From contig JAXGZN010000002.1 in NCBI GenBank assembly GCA_040776945.1, forward strand, positions 960,001-1,024,000: a stretch of DNA of 64,000 nt, written 5' to 3'. This stretch comes from Methanomassiliicoccaceae archaeon. GTDB taxonomy: Archaea; Thermoplasmatota; Thermoplasmata; Methanomassiliicoccales; Methanomassiliicoccaceae. The notes beneath the pieces were generated by a model. The model made no database searches. It was not told where the DNA came from and saw only the letters and a list, made by a program, of their open reading frames with translations. Made by a program: the position numbers and the translations under genes. Below, one piece after another: positions 47,380 to 55,569 of the stretch; within the stretch, counting starts at the first letter, position 1; each line of letters opens with the position of its first letter.

Positions 47380-49764
47380 ATGCAGGATTTTGAGAAGCTT
47401 GGTGTGTTCTATCTCGGCCGGAACTACGACCTAGCGAGCAGGTCGTTGAAGGACGAGCTCCTCCTCTATGAGTCAAAGGACCTGTTGACCCACGCAGTGT
47501 GCGTGGGCATGACAGGCAGCGGGAAGACCGGCCTGTGCATATCCCTATTGGAGGAGGCCGCGATCGACGGGATCCCGGCGATCATAATCGATCCAAAGGG
47601 CGACATGACCAACCTAATGCTCACCTTCCCTGATCTGCGGAAGGAGGATTTCCTGCCCTGGGTAAATGCAGAGGATGCTCAAAAGAAGGGCCTGTCAATA
47701 GAGGACTACGCAGCCAAGCAGGCTGAGAACTGGAGGAACGGTCTCGCCACCTGGGGGGAGGACGGAGCGAGGATCGCACGGCTCCGCCGGGCCTGTGATA
47801 TCATGATCTACACCCCGGGAAGCAATGCCGGCATGCCGGTGTCCGTGCTCCGCTCCTTCGATCCGCCCCCGGCGGAGGCCGCCGCTGACGAAGAGCTGCT
47901 GCACGAGAGGGTGAACACCACCGTCACCAGCCTCCTGGGGCTCATCGGCGTCGATGGCGACCCGGTGCGCTCAAGAGAGCATATATTGATATCGACGATA
48001 CTTGCGGACTCGTGGAGGAAGAACGAACCGCTTGACCTGGCATCGCTCATCCGGGGGATCCAGAGCCCTCCGGTGAAGCAGGTCGGGGTGCTGGAGATGG
48101 AGACGTTCTACCCCTCCAAGGAGAGGTTCGAGCTGGCCATGCGCCTGAACAACCTCCTGGCGGCGCCAGGGTTCCGTTTGTGGATGGAGGGCGAGCCCAT
48201 GGACGTCCGGAGCTTCCTGTACACTCCGGCCGGAAAGCCGAAGCTGTCCATCTTCTCCATCGCCCACCTGGACGACGCGCAGCGCATGTTCTTCGTGTCC
48301 ATGCTTCTGAACCACGTGGTGGGATGGATGCGCACGCAGTCCGGGACCATCAGTTTGAGGGCCATCATGTACATCGACGAGGTGTTCGGATACCTGCCGC
48401 CGGTGGCCAACCCGCCGTCCAAGCTGCCTTTGCTGACCTTGATGAAGCAGGCGAGGGCCTTCGGCCTCGGCGTGACCCTGGTCACCCAGAACCCTGTGGA
48501 CCTAGACTACAAGGGACTGTCGAACACCGGCACCTGGTTCATCGGGCGCCTGCAGACCGATCGCGACAAGATGCGCATCCTGGACGCGCTCGAGGGGGCC
48601 TCGGCCGGCTCCGGCAAAAGGTTCGACAGGGCCCAGATGGACCAGCTAATAGCCGGGCTGGGAAGCCGGGTGTTCCTGATGCACAACGTGAACGATGACG
48701 CACCTACCGTGTTCCACTCCCGGTGGGCGATGTCCTATCTAAGAGGGCCGCTTACGCGGGAGCAGATCAAGGTGCTGATGGACCCGTTGAAGAAGGCGGC
48801 AAGCGCGGACGCCATACAAGGAGTTCCGGTGCGGACGGCCCCCGCTCCGTCCTCGACCCCATCGTCCCCCCAAAGGCCGGTGCTTCCATCCGAGATACCT
48901 CAATACTTCTTGCCACCCGCGGACCGATCGCGGCCTCCGGCGACCTATCGCCCTATGGTCCTGGGCGTCTCCCAGGTCCGCTTCGTCGATGCCAAGAAAA
49001 AGATCGACGAGATCAGGGAGCTAAGCTTCCTGGCACCCTTGGTCGACGGCCCGATAGCCTTGGACTGGAACCAAGCAAAGTGGGCCAATCTGCCCATCTC
49101 CGATCTATCCAGCGAACCTATCGACGGGGTCGGCTTCTCTGGTCTGCCGGCCGCTGCGACCAAGCCGAAGAGCTATGCTGCATGGGAGAAGGAGTTTGAG
49201 ACCTGGCTTGCTAGCACGCAGTCGCTCGATCTGATGTTCAGCCCTAGCTTGGCCCAGTTCTCAAGACCCGGCGAGAAGGAACCTGAATTCAGGATACGTA
49301 TGCAGCTGGCCTCCCGCGAGCTCACGGACGAGAGCATGGAGAAGCTGAAGAAGAAGTACGCTCCCAAGTACGCGACATTGGACGAACGCATACGAAAGGC
49401 GGAGATCACCAGGGAGAGGGAGAAAGACCAGGCCAAGCGTCAGAAGTACCAGTCCGCGGCATCGATCGGCTCGTCCATCCTTGGAGCAATGGCCGGCAGG
49501 AAGTCCGGCTCGATGGTCAGCAAGACCGCCAGGGAGCTTAGCCGATCTGAAAAAGAGAAACAGGACGTGAGGTTCGCCGAGGAGAACCTGGAAGCGCTGA
49601 TCGACAGGAGGAAGAAACTGGACGAGGAGTTCCAGGCCGAGATGAGGGGCGCCGCGGCGAAGGCCGACCCCCTGACCGAGAAGCTGGAGACGGTGTCCGT
49701 AAAGCCGACCAAGACCAACATCGCCACCAAGCTGGTGGCCTTGGTGTGGGCCGCGGAACCGTGA
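47380..49764 (+). CDS. HerA/DUF87-like P-loop ATPase with C-terminal coiled coil
   Basis: GMTGSGKT Walker A, IDPKGD, YIDEVFG Walker B, KQARAFG..TQNPVD. Confidence 0.85.
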   Translation: MQDFEKLGVFYLGRNYDLASRSLKDELLLYESKDLLTHAVCVGMTGSGKTGLCISLLEEAAIDGIPAIIIDPKGDMTNLMLTFPDLRKEDFLPWVNAEDAQKKGLSIEDYAAKQAENWRNGLATWGEDGARIARLRRACDIMIYTPGSNAGMPVSVLRSFDPPPAEAAADEELLHERVNTTVTSLLGLIGVDGDPVRSREHILISTILADSWRKNEPLDLASLIRGIQSPPVKQVGVLEMETFYPSKERFELAMRLNNLLAAPGFRLWMEGEPMDVRSFLYTPAGKPKLSIFSIAHLDDAQRMFFVSMLLNHVVGWMRTQSGTISLRAIMYIDEVFGYLPPVANPPSKLPLLTLMKQARAFGLGVTLVTQNPVDLDYKGLSNTGTWFIGRLQTDRDKMRILDALEGASAGSGKRFDRAQMDQLIAGLGSRVFLMHNVNDDAPTVFHSRWAMSYLRGPLTREQIKVLMDPLKKAASADAIQGVPVRTAPAPSSTPSSPQRPVLPSEIPQYFLPPADRSRPPATYRPMVLGVSQVRFVDAKKKIDEIRELSFLAPLVDGPIALDWNQAKWANLPISDLSSEPIDGVGFSGLPAAATKPKSYAAWEKEFETWLASTQSLDLMFSPSLAQFSRPGEKEPEFRIRMQLASRELTDESMEKLKKKYAPKYATLDERIRKAEITREREKDQAKRQKYQSAASIGSSILGAMAGRKSGSMVSKTARELSRSEKEKQDVRFAEENLEALIDRRKKLDEEFQAEMRGAAAKADPLTEKLETVSVKPTKTNIATKLVALVWAAEP

Positions 49765-49890
49765 ACGGAGGGACATTAGAGCCTGGAGGACCGAGCAGCC
49801 GTCATTGTGCGGATAAGGGCCCATCCATGAGCGACCAGGCACGGATATGGCGGCGCTTCGCGGGACGATGCACCCTTTCGTAAGGAGACC

Positions 49891-50166
49891 CTATCGGCCG
49901 ATGCTCGCGAATGCTGCCAAGAAAATGGCACCCATGACGACCAACAGAACGATGGCGACTATGAGCAGGACCAGGGGGACCGACAGGCCCTCCTCCCTTT
50001 CCTGCCAAGGAGTAGGAGGAAAGTATGCGGTATTGCCGCTTGGCGGCGGAAGGAACTCTCCGCAATTGAGGCAGTAGCTTACGACCGGTGAGTTCAACGC
50101 TCCGCATCTCGGGCACCCTCGGAGCGGTGTTGGACCGGACGGCCCTCGGCCTATCGCTGCAGACAT
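49891..50166 (-). CDS. Zinc-ribbon protein with C-terminal TM helix
   Basis: CPRCGALN....YCLNCG plus hydrophobic C-terminus. Confidence 0.75.
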   Translation of the reverse strand: MSAAIGRGPSGPTPLRGCPRCGALNSPVVSYCLNCGEFLPPPSGNTAYFPPTPWQEREEGLSVPLVLLIVAIVLLVVMGAIFLAAFASIGR

Positions 50167-50411
50167 GTAACCCTCGATACGAGCTCTATCTGTTCAATGC
50201 ATCTCAAGACCCATTTATATTTCACTGTCCTGCCATCTATGGCCGCATCCACTATAATTCGTGGCGATCCTTCTGAGATGGGGTTGTTCGGGATCGACAA
50301 CGAGCACCGGTCCTGGGGCCGGTGCCGACCGCCGCCGATAATGCTTCCTTCCCTCAATTGACGCATGAGGCCACCGTTCAGGAACGGCCTTGTTCGATGG
50401 GCCGGTCGATC

Positions 50412-51095
50412 TCACCATCCGAACAGGAAGACCAGGTTGAACAGGCTGAAGCACAGGGTGGCGAGGAACAGCGATGCGACCCACCGGCGGCGGTTCAGCT
50501 GACCGGCATAAGCGGCGCCAAGAATGGCGAAGAAGGTCGTGGCGATCAAGCGGGAAACGTATAGAGCCAGATGCTGGTCCTGGAAGATGAGGAACGGTGC
50601 GACGAGCGGGAGCACCAGCAGAACATCGATGCCCAGTATGCCCATGGCGTAGCGCCGGTCAATGCGATTTGGAACATAGCGCTTGGAGCATGGGTCACCC
50701 TCGATCGGCCGTGCGGAAGCGATCATGTCAAGGACCTTCTCCCGGTCCGAGCTATCAAGCACGGACGTGATGCCTCCCAACAGCACCCTGTCCCCCTCTC
50801 TCCTGGCCTCAGCATCACCTTTTTTCTGCAGGGAGTAGATGATCTTTTCGCTCCGCGCTCTCTCGATGATCCCGGAATACATAGCACTAAGCCCGTCTAT
50901 GAGCCCCCATGTCATGTTGACGAGGAACGCTATGAGAACGACGTGTACAAGTTCTCCGCCTTCAAAGCCAGTCCCTCCCAGTATGCCCAGAGATACGACG
51001 ACCATCCACACCGCGTAAAACATTTCGCCTAAGACGTCGCCGAGCGGCAAGTAGGCGGCGTAGAACCCTCTCAATCGTGTGATGGCCGGAAACAT
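50412..51095 (-). CDS. Membrane protein, VIT1/CCC1-like
   Basis: About 5 TM segments, NMTWGLIDG motif, cytoplasmic loop. Confidence 0.6.
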   Translation of the reverse strand: MFPAITRLRGFYAAYLPLGDVLGEMFYAVWMVVVSLGILGGTGFEGGELVHVVLIAFLVNMTWGLIDGLSAMYSGIIERARSEKIIYSLQKKGDAEARREGDRVLLGGITSVLDSSDREKVLDMIASARPIEGDPCSKRYVPNRIDRRYAMGILGIDVLLVLPLVAPFLIFQDQHLALYVSRLIATTFFAILGAAYAGQLNRRRWVASLFLATLCFSLFNLVFLFGW

Positions 51096-51377
51096 GGACA
51101 GCGCACCACTACCGCCGGAAGAGCATTATTAGCTTATTCATTGCTGACTTGGGCCCAACGTCAAAGCCCTTCGCCTTGATGCGGTCGCGACTGGAAGCGT
51201 TCCTTTACTCGAGATCTCATGATTATCAGATCCGGTCGTTCACACCGACATTACAGATCTCCCCTTCGGTCGAGCGGTCCTACCCAATCATATCGGCGTG
51301 GATTATAGTCATCGATAATAACAGGATATCAGAACAGATTCTATCATATTGATTTTTAAATAGGTTTCGTAGATAAT

Positions 51378-51782
51378 TTGAGCATGATCATGAACATTGT
51401 CGTTGGGAACGATGGCCGGACCCATTCTGAGAAGGCGGCCGAGTATGCCTTCGCCTATGCCAAAGCATTCCAGGCCAATCTGTTCATGCTCTATATAGTC
51501 AATCCCAAGACGCAAGAGGACAAAGAGAAGAGCATCAAGAACGGCATGAGGGTGCTAGGGCGCGCCAAGATCATCGCGTCCGACCTGGGCGTGCCGCTGG
51601 CGACCCTCCTGGAGGCGGGAGAGGCCCACGAGACCTTGCTCCTGGCGGCCGACAAGTTGAAGGCCAGCGCGCTGATAATTGGATCCTCTGGAGAGAAGGC
51701 GGGTATGTCCAAGCTGCTTGCAACCAGCACAACGGACAACATAATGAAGAACTCACCATGCACCGTGGTCGTGGTCAAATGA
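51378..51782 (+). CDS. Universal stress protein (UspA family)
   Basis: NIVVGNDG..HSEKAAEYA, LIIGSSG, STTDNIMKNSPCTVVVVK. Confidence 0.9.
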   Translation: MSMIMNIVVGNDGRTHSEKAAEYAFAYAKAFQANLFMLYIVNPKTQEDKEKSIKNGMRVLGRAKIIASDLGVPLATLLEAGEAHETLLLAADKLKASALIIGSSGEKAGMSKLLATSTTDNIMKNSPCTVVVVK

Positions 51783-52114
51783 GGAATACCCACACCAACA
51801 CCCCACAGGATATGATTATAATATTTTGAGGCTCACATAAAACATGATCGATGAGCTGAGGTGCTTGCTCCACAAAATGGATATTGTTCTCTTTATTGCG
51901 ATCATTGGCAACTTGGCTAACCTTGTGGTCACGGTTATTTAGGCTGTCGAATGGGATCGGCCAGATTAAAAGTATGGCATATCTATGGATTTGGACCATT
52001 GAGATCGTAGCTATGGTCGGGGACCGGGGGCCTTTCCGGTCCCAAAATGTCTCATGATCTGCATGAGGCCGCCGATCGGTAGCAAGGAACATAGCCTCTT
52101 GAGGCATCATTGCT

Positions 52115-52220
52115 TCTCTACTATTATAACAAATAATGATATTACTATTCTAATATTATTATAATTATATAGTCTATGAATCAAGAATGATTCTTGCCAT
52201 TCATTGATTTATATATCATC
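52115..52220 (+). promoter_or_regulatory. AT-rich archaellum operon promoter with palindromic operator
   Basis: TATA tttatata at 52208-52215; inverted repeat CAAGAAT-G-ATTCTTG at 52182-52196, flanked by ATGAAT/ATTCAT. Confidence 0.65.
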
Positions 52221-52336
52221 TTACTGGTGCAAAGTCGCTTGAGATGCCAGGAACAGCAGATGTGGCTTGCCCTGACGTCAAAGCATGAGTTCCTGCCGAG
52301 GTACTCAAGCAGGAACAATAATGGAGGAACAAAGAA

Positions 52337-52966
52337 ATGATGAGCAAGAAATTTGCGAAGATGTCCAGGGACAGGCGCGCCGAGATGGGCGTGGGGACGA
52401 TGATCATATTCATCGCCATGGTCCTTGTGGCCGCCGTCGCCGCGTCCGTCCTGATCAGCACCGCCAATACGGTGCGCGAGCAGGCTACCCAGACCGGCAA
52501 CGATGCGATCACCGGTGTTGCGTCTGGATTTGACATAAAGTATGTGAAGGGAACCGTTTCAGGTAACAAGATCACTTCGATGGATGTCTATGTCCAGCTG
52601 CAGGCTGGCAGCCCTGCCCTGGTCCTGGATGACGTGATCCTGTCCGTCACCGCTGGAGGTAGCAGCGGTGAGCTTGTCTATGCCGGGTTTGGTGAAGACG
52701 CTGATAAGGCTGCGACTAACGAGCCGGACCTTTATTCCGCTGTCCTGGTTCCCCCCCAAGACGGGACCAGCAACTTTGGCCTTTATGGGACCATCGCCCA
52801 GGGCGACCTTGTGAAGATCACCTTCAACGCTGTCGGGAACTCCGAGATGGAGGTCGTCCCCGGTGACTCGGTGTCCATAAAGATCATGCCGGCCAAGGGC
52901 GCGACGACCACCGTTTCGTTCACCGTCCCGTCCGTTCTGTATGATGGCACCGTGAACCTCCGGTAA
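52337..52966 (+). CDS. flaB: Archaellin
   Basis: Class III signal peptide RDRRA|EMGVGTMIIFIAMVLVAAVAASVLI; QAGSP..LDD; GD.V.I; GGAGG SD. Confidence 0.95.
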   Translation: MMSKKFAKMSRDRRAEMGVGTMIIFIAMVLVAAVAASVLISTANTVREQATQTGNDAITGVASGFDIKYVKGTVSGNKITSMDVYVQLQAGSPALVLDDVILSVTAGGSSGELVYAGFGEDADKAATNEPDLYSAVLVPPQDGTSNFGLYGTIAQGDLVKITFNAVGNSEMEVVPGDSVSIKIMPAKGATTTVSFTVPSVLYDGTVNLR

Positions 52967-52987
52967 ACCTCTTAATCTAAACACTTG

Positions 52988-53045
52988 AAGGAGGGAAACT
53001 ACGAATGAGAAGAATTCGCGCGTCCCTCCTTGCACCTATTTTTTC
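52988..53045 (+). terminator. Stem-loop plus U-tract between arlB and arlC
   Basis: aaggaggga (52988-52996) pairs with tccctcctt (53023-53031); inner cgaat/attcg; T6 at 53039-53044. Confidence 0.65.
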
Positions 53046-53049
53046 TACG

Positions 53050-53940
53050 ATGGCGGTCCTGTCGTTCAAAAAGAAGGGCAAGGAGGAGACTATCGGGACA
53101 GGGACCTCATCGCTGAGCGGCCTTGAGCTCAGCGGGGACACCGTGTCACTGGGGAGCCTCGGCGGCGGCCTCGGCACGCTGAGCAAGCTCAGCGAGATCG
53201 GCCAGAGCTCTGGCGAACTGAGCGACGGCCTTCTGGCCGACGCGGCGCCGAGGAGCGACAAGAAGCTCCAGGAAGTGGAGGCGAACGTCAACGACCTCAA
53301 GAGCCACGTGGAGTCGACCGACCTGACCACGAGGGCTATGAAGGGAGAGATGGAATCGATCAAGAGCGATCTTTCGCAGATCAACGATTCCATAAGGACG
53401 CTGCTGAACGTGTACGAGGCGGTAAGCCGACAGTACAATCCCTTCGTCGATGGTGAGCCTGAGCAGGCAGTGCCAGCGAGACCGCAGGCCAAGGCCGAGG
53501 TCACCATGTGCCTGAAGGACCTCGCCCCGGAGCAGCCTGCGATCAAGACGGAAGTTCCGACGATCAAGGTCGAGAGCGCGGCCAAGGAGCACAAGGTGGT
53601 CACCCCCTTCGACGACGACGGGCCGCTGGACCGCATAGTCCGGCCGGAAGAGGACGAGGTGCTCGCGATCAACAAGGAGGCATCGGCGATGAGCGCGTTG
53701 GAACCAGCAACTGAATCTCATATGTTCAATGACATGAAGCCGAAGATGGTGAGAGCGGTGCCCGCGGCGAGGACGTCGCCCCTGGTGGACGTGTACGAGC
53801 TTGACCACATCCGCAGGCTGGTCGATCACCTCATGGGCAAGATATGCATGGAGAGGTCGAACGGAAACGAGATAATGGAGTCGGACATAAGGGCCCTGGA
53901 CCTGTGGATGAGCGAGTTCATGCGCCTGGGAGGCCTCTGA
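53050..53940 (+). CDS. flaC: Archaellum accessory protein ArlC (FlaC)-like
   Basis: Coiled coil ending IRTLLNVYEAVSRQYNPF; position after the archaellin; alternative start at 53005. Confidence 0.8.
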   Translation: MAVLSFKKKGKEETIGTGTSSLSGLELSGDTVSLGSLGGGLGTLSKLSEIGQSSGELSDGLLADAAPRSDKKLQEVEANVNDLKSHVESTDLTTRAMKGEMESIKSDLSQINDSIRTLLNVYEAVSRQYNPFVDGEPEQAVPARPQAKAEVTMCLKDLAPEQPAIKTEVPTIKVESAAKEHKVVTPFDDDGPLDRIVRPEEDEVLAINKEASAMSALEPATESHMFNDMKPKMVRAVPAARTSPLVDVYELDHIRRLVDHLMGKICMERSNGNEIMESDIRALDLWMSEFMRLGGL

Positions 53941-54353
53941 TGGGGATGAGCGTGTCCATCGCCACCGCCATAATCTTCATCGCATCCCTAATCTCGTTCG
54001 CCTCCATCATTGGAGCCCTGGACCATGCCCAGGGATCGGTGCTGGAGGCGCAGAAGGCCAGCTCGCAACGGGAAGCGGACGCGATGCGTACCAGCGTCGC
54101 CCTTTCCTTCGTCGACGGGCCGAACGGTACCTTTGGAGTGGTGAACAGCGGCGAGGTCACGCTGACGACCCAGGTGGACGTGCTGATAAACGGCGCTCTG
54201 AGCAATGAAAAGATATCCTCGATGAGCGTCGAGGGGAAGAACGACACCAAGCTGTGGCTGCCGGGCGAGATGCTTATCATAACAATGTCCGAGGGCGTGA
54301 ACGGAGCAGCGATCAAGATAGTGACCGCCAACGGCGTGTCGGTATACGGCTGA
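53940..54353 (+). CDS. flaF: Archaellum stator protein ArlF (FlaF)
   Basis: MGMSVSIATAIIFIA, VNSG, VDVLING, WLPGE, IKIVTANG. Confidence 0.85.
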   Translation: MGMSVSIATAIIFIASLISFASIIGALDHAQGSVLEAQKASSQREADAMRTSVALSFVDGPNGTFGVVNSGEVTLTTQVDVLINGALSNEKISSMSVEGKNDTKLWLPGEMLIITMSEGVNGAAIKIVTANGVSVYG

Positions 54354-54362
54354 GGGAGCCCA

Positions 54363-54803
54363 ATGGCATCGGACGATTCGATAACCCAGATGATATTTTT
54401 CATTGCGTCGATAATCGTAGCCGTCACCATAGCCGGCACGATCATCGGGATCACCGGACTGATGGCCGACGAGATGAGGGTCAAGTCCGACAACGCGGTC
54501 TCGGTGATGGGTTCATCGATCACCATAGTGAACGATCCAAGGCACGTCCCCTACGAGAACGGGACCATAACGATTTACATAAAGAACACGGGGGAACTGC
54601 CCCAGAGCTATCGGGACTTGATCATATTCATTGATGGGCAATATATTGAGTTCGAAGCGGACCTTGTAGGACCGGGCGGGGAGAATTGGGTCACCGGAAG
54701 GGTGATCGAGGTCACCGCCACACTGATGCTTGGAGCGGGAGATCACACGGCAAAGGCCATCCTGGGCAACGGAGTATCGGACACGCTGGACTTCAGGCTA
54801 TAG
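54363..54803 (+). CDS. flaG: Archaellum stator protein ArlG (FlaG)
   Basis: MAS.SITQMIFFIASIIVA, IVNDP, IYIKNTG, FIDG. Confidence 0.88.
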   Translation: MASDDSITQMIFFIASIIVAVTIAGTIIGITGLMADEMRVKSDNAVSVMGSSITIVNDPRHVPYENGTITIYIKNTGELPQSYRDLIIFIDGQYIEFEADLVGPGGENWVTGRVIEVTATLMLGAGDHTAKAILGNGVSDTLDFRL

Positions 54804-54846
54804 CCTGCCTAGCCTAGTCGGGACGAGGTTATGGGGTGACAACGGA

Positions 54847-55569
54847 ATGAACAATGGCCCTGCAGATGGCAACAAGGCGCGACAGAATCTGTTCGACATC
54901 CATCTGAAGCAGGACGAGCTGGCCGTTCGCATGGGAGGCGGCCTTCCTCGAGGATCGACGATGCTCATAGAGGGGGCCGAGGGCTCCGGCCGCAGTGCGT
55001 TGTGCCAGCGCATTCTCTACGGTCTGCTGCAGAACGGCCACTCCGCGACCTTCGTTTCGACGGAACTGACGCTCCGAGACTTCATCGACCAGATGTACTC
55101 CCTGGACTATCGGATCGACAGGAGCCTCATCAATGGGAAGCTGTGCTATTTCCCGGTGTACCCGCTGCTCGGCCGGTCCCGCTCCCGCACAGATTTCCTC
55201 GAGAAGCTGATGTCCTCCCCCCAGCTTTACAACAATGAAGTGCTGTTCATCGACTCCCTCACGACGCTGACCAAGGATAGCCTAACCGAGGCGAACTGCA
55301 TCCGGCTGATGGGCTTCTTCAAGAAGCAGATGAAGCTTGAGAAGACCATCATAATGACCGCGGACGAGAATTGCGAGGCCGCGGACCCCCTGCGCTCGGC
55401 AGTGGACATCTATCTCAGCATCAAGATGAGGGCATCTGGCCAGGAGATGGTTCGAACGGTGCATACGCTGCGATACCAGCGGGCCAAGCGCCGCGTCGAT
55501 GATGTGATGAGGATAAGGATAGAGCCGGGCATAGGCCTGGTCATTGAGATCACCGAGGTGTCCGGCTGA
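54847..55569 (+). CDS. flaH: Archaellum RecA/KaiC-like protein ArlH (FlaH)
   Basis: DEL..RMGGGLPRGS..LIEG..GSGRS.LCQR..YG, STELT..DFI.QM.SL, IDSLT, RIEPGIG. Confidence 0.92.
   Translation: MNNGPADGNKARQNLFDIHLKQDELAVRMGGGLPRGSTMLIEGAEGSGRSALCQRILYGLLQNGHSATFVSTELTLRDFIDQMYSLDYRIDRSLINGKLCYFPVYPLLGRSRSRTDFLEKLMSSPQLYNNEVLFIDSLTTLTKDSLTEANCIRLMGFFKKQMKLEKTIIMTADENCEAADPLRSAVDIYLSIKMRASGQEMVRTVHTLRYQRAKRRVDDVMRIRIEPGIGLVIEITEVSG

Noticed and set aside
50280-50324. Two GC-rich hairpins (gttgt..acaac; gcaccgg..ccggtgc)
   Set aside because: No recognisable RNA motif; compatible with ordinary 3' structure or chance.
51775-52110. 111-aa minus-strand ORF before the archaellum promoter
   Set aside because: Atypical codon use, no motif, overlaps the uspA end; probably non-coding.
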